A stretch of DNA of 64,000 bases from an uncultured Chloroflexia bacterium. GTDB lineage: Bacteria; Chloroflexota; Limnocylindria; Limnocylindrales; CSP1-4. A program made the translations under genes and the position numbers. The notes beneath the pieces are model-generated. The model was not told the DNA's origin. It ran no database searches and worked only from the letters and a program-made list of their open reading frames with translations. Of the stretch, positions 1 to 11,126 are shown one piece after another (position 1 is the stretch's first letter; the number at the start of each line of letters is the position of its first letter). Location of the stretch: positions 38,131 through 102,130 of the forward strand of contig CAVRKB010000001.1 of NCBI GenBank assembly GCA_963721545.1, in the 5' to 3' direction.

Positions 1-1080
1 GGCCGCCGGCTGAGCGCCTCGCAGGCGTACCTGAAGCCCGTCCGGCGCCGGCGCAACCTGACCGTCCGGACGCGGACGCTCGTCACCGAGGTCGTGTTCG
101 ACGGCCGGCGCGCCGTCGCCGTCGACATCGAGCGGCAGGGTGGGGGGACGGAGCGGATCGAGGGCGGCGAGATCATCCTCGCCGGCGGCGCGATCAACTC
201 GCCGCAGCTGCTGCAGCTGTCGGGCGTCGGGCGGGCGGCGGACCTCGAGGCGCTCGGCATCCCGGTCGTCGCCGACGTGCCGGGCGTCGGCGCCCACCTC
301 CAGGATCACCTCGAGGTCTACATCCAGCACCGCTCGCTCCAGCCGGTCTCGATGCAGCCGTCGGCGACGCAGCTGTGGCGCCGGCCGTTCATCGGCGCGC
401 AGTGGCTGTTCCTGCGCAGCGGGCCCGGGGCGACCAACCACTTCGAGGGCGGCGGGTTCGTCCGCGGCGACGAGGACGTCGCCTATCCGAACCTGATGTT
501 CCACTTCCTGCCGCTGTCGATCCGCTACGACGGCAGCGCCGGGACGCCGGGGCACGGCTACCAGGTCCACGTCGGGCCGATGTATTCCGACGCGCGGGGA
601 TCGGTGACGCTCAAGACGACGGATCCGCACGATCATCCGGCCCTGCGCTTCAACTACCTGTCGACGAAGCAGGATCGCCGTGAGTGGATCGAGGCCGTGC
701 GGGTCGCCCGGCACATCCTCAGCCAGCCGGCGATGGCGCCGTTCAACGGTGGCGAGACGTCGCCCGGCTCTGCGGTCACGACGGCCGACGAGATCCGCGA
801 CTGGGTCGCCCGCGACGCGGAGACGGCGCTCCATCCGTCGTGCACGGCACGGATGGGCGTGGACGACGCGTCCGTGCTCGATCCGCTGACGATGGGCGTC
901 CACGGGCTGGACGGGCTGCGCGTCGTCGACGCCTCGTCGATGCCATACATCACCAACGGCAACATCTACGCGCCGGTGATGATGCTCGCGGAGAAGGCCG
1001 CCGACCTGATCACCGGCGATACGCCCCTGCCGCCCGAGCCGATCCCGTTCTACCGGCACCAGCCGGCGGTCCGCCCTGGC
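1..1080 (+). CDS. betA: GMC oxidoreductase, choline dehydrogenase-like (5' truncated by window; 3' end approximate)
   Basis: Motifs [53 protein letters not shown] typical of GMC/BetA. Frame is open from base 1. The track ORF runs on past the natural C-terminus, probably through an indel. Confidence 0.8.
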
Positions 1081-1138
1081 GCACGGTCGACGTCTCACCG
1101 CCGTGGGATCATCGGTCGACGATCAGGGGAGGTGACCC

Positions 1139-1507
1139 ATGGCCGAGCCGACCACGGTGGACGAGTACATGGCGACGCTGCCGGACGAGCGGCGGGGGCC
1201 GATGAACGAGCTCCGCGAGGCGATCCGGGCCGGTGCTCCCGAGGCGACCGAGGTCATCTCCTACAAGATGCCCGCGTTCCGGAGCCACGGGCAGTTCCTC
1301 GTGTCGTACGACTCGTTCAAGCAGCACTACAGCCTGTTCCCGGCGAGCGACGCCGTGGTCAAGGGGCTCGGCGACGAGATCACGCCGTACCTCGCGGGCA
1401 AGGGCACGATCCGCTTCCCGGCCAGCCGCCCGATCCCGACCGCCCTGGTCACGAGGGTCGCCGCGATCCGGTTCGAGGAGAATGCCGCGCACGACAAGCG
1501 CCGCTGA
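1139..1507 (+). CDS. DUF1801/YdhG-like protein
   Basis: [38 protein letters not shown] pattern; GGAGG RBS upstream. Confidence 0.8.
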   Translation: MAEPTTVDEYMATLPDERRGPMNELREAIRAGAPEATEVISYKMPAFRSHGQFLVSYDSFKQHYSLFPASDAVVKGLGDEITPYLAGKGTIRFPASRPIPTALVTRVAAIRFEENAAHDKRR

Positions 1508-1523
1508 CGCCGGTCGGAGCGCG

Positions 1524-2333
1524 CTACAGGGTGCGCACGTCGAGCGCGGCCCGGCCCCAGCGCAGGAAGCGGACCGACACGAGCACCCCGAACGCCGCCA
1601 GCACCAGGATGGCCGCGGCCGCCACGGATGCGTCGAGGTCGCCGCCGCCGAACTCGGAATACACGACCAGCGGCAGGGTCTGGGTCCGGCCCTCGATGTT
1701 TCCCGCGAACATGATCGTGGCCCCGAACTCGCCGAGCGCCCGCGACCAGCTCATGACCGCGCCGGCGGCGAGTGCCGGTCCGGCCAGCGCGGTCGTCACG
1801 TGGCGGAACACGTGGCCCTCCGTCGCCCCGTCGACGCGGGCCGCATCCTCGACGTCACGGTCGACCCCGGCGATCCCGGCCCGCGCCGAGCGGACGTAGA
1901 ACGGCGCGGCGACGAACGTCTGGGCAAGGATGACCGCGAACGTCGTGAACGGGATCGAGATGCCGGCGGCATCGAGGCTGCCGCCGATCAACCCCTGGCG
2001 GCCGAACACGAACAGCAGCGCCAGCCCGGCGACCGACGGCGGCAGGACGATCGGCAGGTCCACCGCCGTCTCGACCAGCGACGAGCCGCGGAACGACCGT
2101 CGCGCCAGCAGGTACGCGAGCGGGGTCCCGAACGCCAGCGTCAGCCCCAGGCTGATCGCCGTCGTGATCATGCTCAGTCGCAGGGCGTCGAGGACGACCG
2201 GGCTGGTCAACGCCTCGGCCAGGCTCCCGCCGACGAGCGATCGAGCCGTCAGCGCAACGACCGGGATGGCCAGGAACAGGACCAGCGGGAGCGAGAGCAG
2301 GACGACAGCGCGTCCCGGCCGGCCGGGCCTCAC
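1524..2333 (-). CDS. modB: Molybdate ABC transporter permease
   Basis: [25 protein letters not shown] (EAA motif), [25 protein letters not shown]; GTG start overlaps the TGA of the upstream gene. Confidence 0.9.
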   Translation of the reverse strand: MRPGRPGRAVVLLSLPLVLFLAIPVVALTARSLVGGSLAEALTSPVVLDALRLSMITTAISLGLTLAFGTPLAYLLARRSFRGSSLVETAVDLPIVLPPSVAGLALLFVFGRQGLIGGSLDAAGISIPFTTFAVILAQTFVAAPFYVRSARAGIAGVDRDVEDAARVDGATEGHVFRHVTTALAGPALAAGAVMSWSRALGEFGATIMFAGNIEGRTQTLPLVVYSEFGGGDLDASVAAAAILVLAAFGVLVSVRFLRWGRAALDVRTL

Positions 2334-2866
2334 GACGTGGTCGGCTCGGCGCCCCCGCGCTCGGCGTCCCTGCCCGCCTCGCCGAAGCGGTCGTCCGCCC
2401 GGGCCGACGCGAGGCGGCCGAGCTGATCGGTGTACCAGCCGATCCGGGCGTCCGGCCGGTCGTCCAGCGCGGGCACATACGGCTTGATGTCGAGGCAGGG
2501 TGTCCCATCGAGCATGTCCACGTCGCGGATGTCCAGCCGCGTGCCGGTCACGCCGACGAGCCGGACCGTGGACAGCGCGATCGGGTTGGGTCGAGCGGGC
2601 GATCGCGTCGCGAACACGCCGTGCGTCCGGTCGTCGAGGAACGGGACGACCGACAGCTTCGTCGGCCCGGCAAGGTGGCACCACGACAGCACGATGAGGT
2701 GGCTGAACCCGTCGAGATCGCGCAGCCCCTCGGCGAACTCGGGCTCGATGTCGATCCAGCCCGGGGCGCCGGCCGCCGCGGCTGCCTGAATCGGCATGCC
2801 CTCGACGTGCTCGAACGGCGTGTGGATGACGCCGATCGGACGGATGGAAACCGGGTCCATGGTCAA
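2330..2866 (-). CDS. tsaA: tRNA m6t6A37 methyltransferase TrmO/TsaA (YaeB family)
   Basis: PIGVIHTPF..MPIQ, GLRDLDGFSHLIVL, GVFATRSPARPNPIALS, DMLDGTPCLDIKPYVP. Confidence 0.9.
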   Translation of the reverse strand: MTMDPVSIRPIGVIHTPFEHVEGMPIQAAAAAGAPGWIDIEPEFAEGLRDLDGFSHLIVLSWCHLAGPTKLSVVPFLDDRTHGVFATRSPARPNPIALSTVRLVGVTGTRLDIRDVDMLDGTPCLDIKPYVPALDDRPDARIGWYTDQLGRLASARADDRFGEAGRDAERGGAEPTTS

Positions 2867-3708
2867 TCCCCCGGCGCCTGGAAGCCCAGCTCGGCGAGGA
2901 TCGCCTGGCCGTCCGGGCCGGTCAGCCAGGTCATGAACGCCTCGGCTGCGTCGCCCGCGACCGAGCCTTTGAGCACGACCCCGGCGTAGGTAGCCGGCAC
3001 GTTTGCCTCCCGGGGTACGGCGACCGTCGTGACCTTGCTCGATGTCTTCGCATCGGTCGCGTACACGATCGCCGCGTCGCCCTCGCCGACCTCGATCTTG
3101 GCCAGCACCGCGCCGACGTTGTCCTCCTTCGAGGCAACGTTCGCCGCGTACGCGGCGGCAAAACCGGCCGGGTAACCGGGGAGGCCCGCGAGGTTCTCGA
3201 CGAGCTGCGTCGCGTACTTCGTGATCGGAACCGCGTCGCCCGCGCCGATCACCTTGATCCCCGGATTCGCCAGGTCGGCCGGGCCCGAGAACCCGGCGGG
3301 ATTGGCGATCGGGACGATGATCGTGAGCGTGTTGCCCGCGAAGGCGATGGCCGGTCCGTTCGTGAGGCCCTTGTCAACCAGCTTGTCCGGGTTGGTGGTG
3401 TCGGCGGACAGGAACACGTCGGCCGGCGCACCTTGTTCGATCTGCGTCTCGAGGGCGGCTGACGAATCGGTCGAGACGGTCAGCGCCGTCCCGGGCGAAG
3501 TGATCGCGTACGCCACCTTGACCTTGTCGAGGGCGCGCTTGAGCGAAGCCGCTGCGTAGATCGTGAGCCGCGCCGGACTGCTGACCGCCGCCGGGGGGCC
3601 GCTCGAGGTGCCGATCGGTGACGATCCGCCGCCCGACGAGCAGGCAGCGATGAAGAGGGCGGCCATCAACGCCGTCGCCATCCTGCCGGCGGGTCGGCCG
3701 CGGATCAC
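2863..3708 (-). CDS. modA: Molybdate ABC transporter substrate-binding lipoprotein
   Basis: Lipobox-like IAAC, LTIYAAASL, QIEQGAPADVFLSA, FAGNTL, VPITKYA, GEGDAAIVYATDA. Confidence 0.9.
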   Translation of the reverse strand: MIRGRPAGRMATALMAALFIAACSSGGGSSPIGTSSGPPAAVSSPARLTIYAAASLKRALDKVKVAYAITSPGTALTVSTDSSAALETQIEQGAPADVFLSADTTNPDKLVDKGLTNGPAIAFAGNTLTIIVPIANPAGFSGPADLANPGIKVIGAGDAVPITKYATQLVENLAGLPGYPAGFAAAYAANVASKEDNVGAVLAKIEVGEGDAAIVYATDAKTSSKVTTVAVPREANVPATYAGVVLKGSVAGDAAEAFMTWLTGPDGQAILAELGFQAPGD

Positions 3709-4125
3709 GGTCGGTGCTCCCTCGACGACGGGACTTCGACGATCACGTTGGTGGCCTTGACGACGCCGACCGCCTCGTCGCCGACCTTGAGGCCCATCTC
3801 GTCGACGGCCTCGGCGGTCATCAGGCTGACGATCCGGTGCGGGCCGGCGAGGATTTCGACGACCGCGGCGATCCGGTCCTTCTCGATGCGGGTCACGATC
3901 CCGGGAAAGCGATTGCGGGCGGATCCGGCGACGGTCGGTCGCTCCGTGCCAGTCTTCCGGCGCTCTGGCGAGCAGGCGGGTCACTTCGGAAATCGACACC
4001 AGGCGCTGGCCGCCGGTCGAACGCTCGACCTTGAGCCGGCCTTCGGTCTCCCAGCGACGGACGGTCTCGACCGTCACGCCGAGCATCTCGGCCGCCTGGC
4101 CGACGCGGATCCGATCCTCACCCAT
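3705..4125 (-). CDS. MerR/excisionase-type HTH plus TOBE domain molybdate regulator (one frameshift near 3960)
   Basis: N-terminus RVGQAAEMLGVTVETVRRWE..GGQRLV; SARNRFPGIVTRIE..IVSLMTAEAVDEMGLKVGDEAVGVVKATNV (TOBE) continues in another frame. Confidence 0.8.
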
Positions 4126-4238
4126 TGCTAGGACCTATTGGCGTCTCGATGCTTGATAGACAGGTATGCCAGCAATCATACCCCGCTATCATCGCTCGTG
4201 GGGGACGGCCGCCACGGCCGGGGTGATAGCCTCGCGCC

Positions 4239-5480
4239 GTGGCGGCCCGTTCGCCTTCGGCGATCTCCCTCGGCCTGCGCGCCAACTCGGGTCAGTTCGC
4301 GCTGCTCGTCGGGGTCAGTGCGCTCGTCGGCGGGATGGTCGGCCAGGAACGGGCGATCGTGCCGCTCCTGGCGGTCCACGTGTTCGGCCTCGCGACGGCC
4401 AGCGCACTCACCTTCCTCGTCGCGTTCGGGCTGGCGAAGGCGATCACGAACCTGGTGGCCGGCGCGCTCGCCGATCGGATCGGGCGCAAACCGGTCCTCG
4501 TGGCCGGCTGGCTGGTCGGACTGCCCGTGCCGTTGATGCTGATGCTCGGGCCGACCTGGGACTGGATCGTGGCGGCCAACGTGCTCCTCGGGATCAACCA
4601 GGGCCTGACCTGGTCGACGACCGTCCTGATGAAGATCGACCTCGTCGGCCCGCGCCGGCGCGGACTCGCCCTTGGTCTCAACGAGGCCGCGGGCTACGTC
4701 GCGGTGGCCGCGGCGGCGTTCCTGACCGGGGCGATCGCGGAGGCGGCCGGGCTCAGGCCGGCGCCGTTCTTCCTCGGGATCGCGATCGTCGGGCTCGGCC
4801 TCGGGGCGTCGGTCCTGTTCGTCCGGGAGACGCGGGGTCACGCCGTGCTCGAGAGCGGCGCTTCGGGCGCGGCGCCCCCGTCGGACGCCCGCTGGCTGCG
4901 GTTGGCCTGGCAGAGCACGATCGCCGATCGATCGCTGTCCGCCGCGTCGCAGGCCGGTCTCGTGAACAACCTCAACGACGCGTTGGTGTGGGGCCTGCTC
5001 CCGATCGTCTGGGTGTCGGCCGGCCTGGACCTCGGGCAGGTCGGGGTCCTCGCTGCGGCCTACCCGGCGACGTGGGGCATCGTCCAGGTCGTGACCGGCG
5101 GGCTGTCCGACCGCATCGGCCGCAAGGGCCTGATCGTCGCGGGCATGCTGGCCCAGGCCGCCGCGATCGCCGCGTTCGCCGTGTGGACGGGCTTCGGGCC
5201 GTGGCTGGCGGCCGCGATCGTCCTCGGCCTCGGCACGGCGATGGTCTACCCGACGCTGATCGCCGTCGTGGCCGACGTCGCGGAGCCGCGGCGGCGGGGC
5301 GCGATCACCGGGATCTACCGCTTCTGGCGCGATCTCGGATTCGCGGTCGGCGCGGTGATCGTGGCAATCGTCGCCGACCGGGTGGACGCCCGGGCCGCGA
5401 TCCTCGTCGTCGCCGTCCTGACCGCCGCGTCGGGCGCGGTCGTGGCGCTCCGGATGCGCGAGACACGCCCGGCGTCCTGA
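4239..5480 (+). CDS. MFS transporter
   Basis: About 12 hydrophobic segments; GALADRIGRKPVL and GGLSDRIGRKGL MFS motif A repeats. Confidence 0.9.
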   Translation: MAARSPSAISLGLRANSGQFALLVGVSALVGGMVGQERAIVPLLAVHVFGLATASALTFLVAFGLAKAITNLVAGALADRIGRKPVLVAGWLVGLPVPLMLMLGPTWDWIVAANVLLGINQGLTWSTTVLMKIDLVGPRRRGLALGLNEAAGYVAVAAAAFLTGAIAEAAGLRPAPFFLGIAIVGLGLGASVLFVRETRGHAVLESGASGAAPPSDARWLRLAWQSTIADRSLSAASQAGLVNNLNDALVWGLLPIVWVSAGLDLGQVGVLAAAYPATWGIVQVVTGGLSDRIGRKGLIVAGMLAQAAAIAAFAVWTGFGPWLAAAIVLGLGTAMVYPTLIAVVADVAEPRRRGAITGIYRFWRDLGFAVGAVIVAIVADRVDARAAILVVAVLTAASGAVVALRMRETRPAS

Positions 5481-5630
5481 CGGCCCGGCCATCGGCCCGA
5501 CGTGGTCGATCGGAGGCGACGGATGTCCATGCCGGCGACCCGACGGCCGTCGGCAGCCGGTGGCCCGGGGCCGAGGCGACGATGCAGGCACCCCTCCACT
5601 CGCATCCGACACCCCAAGGAGCCCCAGCGC

Positions 5631-7040
5631 ATGGAAGCCTTCCGCATCGATCGCCCCGACATCGACGACGCCCTCGACCTCGAAGCCTTCGAGGCCGGGC
5701 TGGCCGGCTCGATCCTCCTGCCAGGCAGCCCGGAGTACGACGAGGCGCGCCGCGTCAAGTCGGCGATCAATGACCGTCACCCGGCGCTCATCGTCCGTGC
5801 CGCCGATGCGACCGACGTCTCGCGGACGGTGACCCTGGCGCGCGAATCCGGTCTCCCGCTGTCGGTCCGCGGCGGCGGCCACAGCCTCGCCGGTCACGGC
5901 ACGAATGACGGCGGCATCGTGCTCGACCTCGGCGCGATGAAGGGCCTCCTCATCGATCCCGAGCAGTGCCTCGCCTGGGCCGAGCCCGGCCTGACCGCGG
6001 GCGAGTACACCGTCGCGGCGGCAGCTCACGGCCTCGCCACCCCGTTCGGCGATACCGGCTCGGTCGGCATCTCCGGGCTGACGCTCGGCGGCGGGATCGG
6101 CTGGCTGGCGCGCAAGTTCGGGCTGGCCATCGACGCCCTCGTCGCGGTCGAGATCGTGACCGCCGATGGCCGGCAGGTCACCGCGAGCGCCGAGTCGCAC
6201 CCGGACCTGTTCTGGGCCGTGCGCGGTGGCGGCGGCAACTTCGGCGTCGTCACTCGCTTCCAGTTCAGTCTCTATCCGGTCGGCGAGATCCTCGGCGGCG
6301 CGCTGTTCATGCCGGCCACCCGCGACGTGCTGCGCGGCTACGTCCCGATCGCCGCGAGCGCCCCCGACGAGCTGACCACGATCTCGTTCCTCATGCCCAT
6401 CCCGCCGGCGCCGTTCGTGCCGGCCGAGCTGGTCGGCACGCCGTCGCTGGTCATCATGTTCGTGTGGTCCGGTGACGATCCGGCCGGCGGTCAGGCCGCG
6501 CTCCAGCCGTTCCGCGACGTCGCCACGCCGCTCATCGACATGGCGATGCCGATGCCATACCCGGGGATCTACCAGCTGACCGCGCAGGGCGAGCACGCGG
6601 GCCTGAGCGTCCATCGCTCGCGCTTCCTCGCCACCCTCGACGACGACGCGGTCGACGCGCTGCTCGCGGCGATCGCCGCCCCCAGCTCGCCGATGACGAT
6701 GGTCCAGCTCCGCGTCCTGGGTGGCGCGATGGCCCGCGTCCCCGCCGACGAGACGGCGTTCGCCCATCGCGACGCCGGGGTCATGGCCCTGGTCGCCACC
6801 ATGTTCGACGATCCCGCCACGGAGCCGGTCCACCGGGCCTGGACCGAGGCGCTCCACGAGGCGCTCGGTGCGAACGACGTGGGCGTCTACTCGAACTTCC
6901 TCGAGGCCGAGGGCGAGGAGCGTGTCCGGGCAGCGTATCCGGGCGGCACCTACGAGCGCCTCGCGCAGATCAAGGGCCGCTACGACCCGAGCAACCTGTT
7001 CCGCCTCAACCAGAACATCCGCCCGGCGATCATGAGCTGA
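5631..7040 (+). CDS. FAD-binding oxidoreductase (FAD_binding_4 + BBE domain)
   Basis: VRGGGHS flavinylation motif, GLTLGGGIGWL, DLFWAVRGGGGNFGVVT, KGRYDPSNLFRLNQNI; AAGGAG RBS. Confidence 0.9.
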   Translation: MEAFRIDRPDIDDALDLEAFEAGLAGSILLPGSPEYDEARRVKSAINDRHPALIVRAADATDVSRTVTLARESGLPLSVRGGGHSLAGHGTNDGGIVLDLGAMKGLLIDPEQCLAWAEPGLTAGEYTVAAAAHGLATPFGDTGSVGISGLTLGGGIGWLARKFGLAIDALVAVEIVTADGRQVTASAESHPDLFWAVRGGGGNFGVVTRFQFSLYPVGEILGGALFMPATRDVLRGYVPIAASAPDELTTISFLMPIPPAPFVPAELVGTPSLVIMFVWSGDDPAGGQAALQPFRDVATPLIDMAMPMPYPGIYQLTAQGEHAGLSVHRSRFLATLDDDAVDALLAAIAAPSSPMTMVQLRVLGGAMARVPADETAFAHRDAGVMALVATMFDDPATEPVHRAWTEALHEALGANDVGVYSNFLEAEGEERVRAAYPGGTYERLAQIKGRYDPSNLFRLNQNIRPAIMS

Positions 7041-7133
7041 CGGATCGCCCCCCGATCCGCCCGCTCGACGCCAAACGGCGCCCCGCTTCCCGGTCGATAC
7101 CGGGGCGGGGCGTCGTCCGTGTTCGGTTCCCGC

Positions 7134-7893
7134 CTAGCCGCGTTTGCGCTCGACGAAGGCCCGGAACCGCTCGCGCGTCTCGGGCGACTGGAAGCACGCG
7201 AGCTCGGCCGCCGCCTCGCTCCGGGTCGCCGCCGCGAAGTCGCTCTCGAGGGCGGCGTGGAAACCGAGCTTCGTCCACGCGACACCGACCCGGGGATACG
7301 ACGCCAGCCGCTGGGCGAATGCCTCCGCCTCGGCGAGGAGGTCGTCGGGCTCGATCACGCGATCGACCAGCCCGATCCGCTGCGCCTCGTCGGCGTCGAT
7401 GGAATCGGCCGACAGGGTCAGGTACATCGCCCGGCCGAGGCCGACGATCCGGGGCAGGAGCCAGGTCATCCCGCTCGTCGGGCTGAGACCGAGGGGCGTG
7501 TCGGGCAGCCCGAACTGCGTCCCGCGGGCGGCGAAGCGGACGTCGCAGATCAGGGCCAGCTCGAAGCCGCCGGCCAGGGCATAGCCGTGGACCGCGGCGA
7601 CGAACGGCTTCGGACACGCTCGCACGGCGGCCGACACCTCCATGTAGCGCGCGATCGTCGCGGCGAACGCGTCGTCGTCCATGCCGTCCATCGCGGTGAT
7701 GTCGCCGCCTGCCGAGAACGCCCGTCCGCGCCCGGTCAGCACCGCGGCCCCGATCGCGTCCGTCCGGCCGACCGACTCGACCGCAGTCGAGCAGGCCGAT
7801 CAGCATCTCGTCGTTGATGGCGTTCAGCTTGTCCGGCCGGGCGAGCGTGACGATCGCCACGTCGCCACGGGTCTCGAGCTCGACGACGGGCAT
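7134..7893 (-). CDS. Enoyl-CoA hydratase/isomerase family (frameshift near 7790)
   Basis: IVTLARPDKLNAIN, AFSAGGDI, KPFVAAVHGYALAGGFELALICD, FGLPD. Confidence 0.85.
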
Positions 7894-9238
7894 CAGGCGA
7901 CCTCCCCTCGATAGCGTCGGACGACGCGGCGGGTCTTCACCTCGGTGGCGATGGTGCCCGGCCCGACGAGGGTCACCGCCGCCTGGAAGTTGAGCTCGGC
8001 CTGGAGTCGCGCCGCGACATCGCGGGCGAGCGCCTCGTGCGTCGGCCGCCGGGACGTCGCCCGCGGCCTCGACCGTGATCGGCACCGGGTAGTCGATCGG
8101 CGGCGGACGGTCGATGACGACCCGGAACTCGCCGGTCACGCGCGGCGCGAGCCGCATCAGGACGGCCTGCACCGCCAGCGGGAAGACGTTCACGCCCTTG
8201 ACGATGAACATGTCGTCGGACCGGCCGAGGATCCGGAACCGGAAGCTCGTCCGTCCGCACGGGCACGGCTCGGTGAACACCTGCATCAGGTCGTGCGACC
8301 GCATCCGCAGCAGCGGCGACGCCTCGCGCCGGATCGAGGTGTAGACCACCTCGCCCTGCCGGCCGTCGGTGAACGGCAGGACCTCGCCCGACTCGGGATC
8401 GATCAGCTCCGCCACGGCGAAGCCGATCGCCGCCGAAATGGACGCCGTCCCGTTCGTCGCATTCGCCGGAGTGGAGCCCGAGCTCGCCGGTCCCGTACTG
8501 GTCGCGCGCGACCATGCCCCAGGTCGCCTCGATGCGCTCGCGATAGCCCGGGACCTGGAGCCCGGCCTCGCCCGAGAAATAGCCTCGCCGGAGGCCGACG
8601 TCGCGCGGCTCCATGCCGAGCTGGGCGGCCACCTCGGCGAGGCGCACCGCGTAGGACGGCGTCGCCCAGATGCCGACCGGGTCGGTCAGCCCGGCCATCA
8701 TCGTCAGCAGCCGCTCGCTGTGCCCGACCCCGAACGGGATGGTCGCCGCGCCGAGCGTCTCGAACGTCAGGTGGTCGGACAGGCCGCCCGCGTACAGGTT
8801 GTAGTTCATGCACTCGAACACGATGTCGCCGGGCCGGCAGCCCATCGCCCACAGCGCCCGGGCGCCCATCTCGCCGTAGTCGGCGATGTCGCGGCGGGTG
8901 AGCCCGATGCGCATCGGCTGGCCGGTCGTGCCGCCGGTCGCCTGGATCCGGACGATCGTGTCGAGCGGTGCGCACTGGTTGACGCCGAGGAGCGTGCCGT
9001 CCGCCTGCGAGTCGGCGATCTCGGCCTTCTCCATCAGCGGGATCCGGGCGAGGTCCTCCACGTCCCGGATCTGGTCGGCGCGGACGCCCGCCGCGTCCAG
9101 CCTGGCCCGGTAGAACGGGCTCGTGGCGACGTCCCAGGCGATCTGCTCGGCGAGGCGCTCGTTCTCGAGCCGGCGGGTCTCGGCCGGCGTCAGCGTCTCG
9201 ATCGCCTCGTTCCAGAACCGGTCGGGCATGGCCGCCAT
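7893..9238 (-). CDS. Phenylacetate-CoA ligase-like (PaaK family; frameshifts near 8430 and 8040)
   Basis: IQATGGTTG.P, GLYAGGL, YGTGELG, PLLRMRSHDL, CPCGRT, GRSDDMFIVKGVNVFP. Confidence 0.8.
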
Positions 9239-9307
9239 GATGCCGGAACGGTCGGATGCGCCGGGCCACGACCCCGTCGTGGCCCGGCGCGAGTGCCTGC
9301 GGGTTGC

Positions 9308-9652
9308 CTACATCAGGCCGACGATGTGGCCCTCCGGATCGGCGAACAGGGCGATCGTCGTCTCGGGTGCGATCTCGGTCAGTGGCATGAGCACGCGCCC
9401 GCCGGCTGCCTGGACCCGCTCGAGCGTCGCCGCCGGATCGTCGGCGTGGACGTAGAACGTGACGTGGCCGGCGCCACCGTCCTGCGCGGTCCCGATCCCG
9501 CCGCCGATGCCCTCGCCGTCGCCCGGCCGGTACATCCCGTAGCCGCCGGGGTTGTTCGTGTCGAGCTTCCAGCCGAACACGTCGCTGTAGAACGACTGGA
9601 GTCCGGGCCCGTCCTTGCCGACGACCTCGAAGTGGATGACCTGAGCGCCCAT
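9308..9652 (-). CDS. VOC/glyoxalase family protein
   Basis: VIHFEV..FYSDVFGW..GIGGGI..VTFYV..AGGRVLMP..FADPEGHIVGL; GGAGG RBS. Confidence 0.9.
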   Translation of the reverse strand: MGAQVIHFEVVGKDGPGLQSFYSDVFGWKLDTNNPGGYGMYRPGDGEGIGGGIGTAQDGGAGHVTFYVHADDPAATLERVQAAGGRVLMPLTEIAPETTIALFADPEGHIVGLM

Positions 9653-9737
9653 CGGAGCCTCCTCGCTGGTGCCGGCGACCGATTGGCCACCGCTCAACGG
9701 GACGACGAACGGCACGGACCCGAATCGACAGGTCCGG

Positions 9738-10132
9738 TTACGGCTTCGACGCTGCCTTCGACGAGCCTTCGACTTCGGTGCCTTCTTCTCCTTGGGCGGG
9801 AGGGTCGCGCCGTAGGCGACGGCGCGGCCGACCCAGCGGTGGATCGCCGCGTCGTCGTCGACGATCGAAGGCGGCAGCACCGTGAAGCCGGTCATCGGCT
9901 TGCCGGGCATCGGAAAGAACGGTTCGGCGCCCGGGATCCTCTCGAGCTCGCGCCGCTCCTCTGGCCCGAGCTTGACGTGCCAGCTCGACTCGAACAGGCC
10001 GCTGACCATGTTGCCGCCGACGTACAGGCATGGGTAGCCGAACGTCAGCCGGCGGGTGGCCTCCGGGTAGTCGGCGGCGATCGACTCGAACCGCTCGACG
10101 AGCTCCGGTGGCGATTTCGCGAAACCGGGCAT
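9738..10132 (-). CDS. TfoX/Sxy N-terminal domain protein
   Basis: RRLTFGYPCLYVGGNMVSGL, PFFPMPGKPMTGF..LPP; the Lys-rich tail needs one indel to reach TAA at 9738. Confidence 0.75.
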
Positions 10133-10198
10133 GGCCCACCTCCAGCGGCTACGGTACTCGTGCGACGCCGGCTCGGGGCTCGGCGCACGGAGGTCACG

Positions 10199-11126
10199 AT
10201 GACGGCTGGCTCGGGTGCGGACGGACGGATGCGGGTCGGGGTCGTGCTGCCGATCGCGGACGAGGACGACGGCACGGGCGTGCAGTCCTATGCGTCGATC
10301 CGCGAGATCGCGCTCGGCGATCGAGGCGGCCGGGCTCGATTCGGCCTGGGTGTTCGACCACCTGCTGTTCCGTGGCGACGGCGAGACGTCGGGGATCCAC
10401 GAGTGCTGGACGATCCTGGCGGCGATCGCCGAGGCGACCAGCCGGGTCGAGCTCGGGACGATCGTGCTGTGCACCGCGTTCCGCAACGCCGCGCTGCAGG
10501 CCAAGATGGCGGCCACGCTCGACGAGGTCAGCGGCGGGCGGCTGATCTTCGGGATCGGGTGCGGCTGGCACGACCCGGAGTTCGAGGCGTTCGGCTACCC
10601 GACCGATCACAAGGTCGGCCGGTTCGAGGAGGCGCTGGCGGTCATCACCGGGCTCATCCGCGAGGGACGGGCCGACCTCGACGGCCGGTACGTGACCGGC
10701 GCGCGACGCCGTGCTGCTGCCGCCGGCCCGGCCCGACCTGCCGATCCTCATCGCGGCCAAGGGTCCGCGGATGCTCGAGCTGACCGCGCGCCACGCCGAT
10801 GCCTGGAACCTGGCGTGGTTCGGCTACCCGGACGAGCGCCTCGGCCCGGGTCCGCGGCGAGCTGGTCGAGGCGTGCGAGCGGGTCGGCCGGGACCCGGCC
10901 GACGCTGACGATCACGGTCGGCGTCACCGTCCGCTATCCGCAGCCGGGGGTCACGCGCCGCGACGACCACCGGCCCGGCCTGTCCGGCACGCCCGACGAG
11001 ATCGCGGCCGGGCTCCGGGCGCATGCCGAGGCGCGGTGCGCAGCACCTCATCGCCTCGCTCGAGCCATGCACGCCGGCACCGTGGCGCGAGTTCGCCGAA
11101 GCCGTGCGAGCCTGGCGCGGGCCTAG
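10199..11126 (+). CDS. LLM-class flavin/F420-dependent oxidoreductase (several frameshifts)
   Basis: DSAWVFDHLL, ECWTILAAIAEATSRVELGTIV, KMAATLDEVSGGRLIFGIGCGW, ILIAAKGPRMLELTARHADAWN. Confidence 0.85.
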
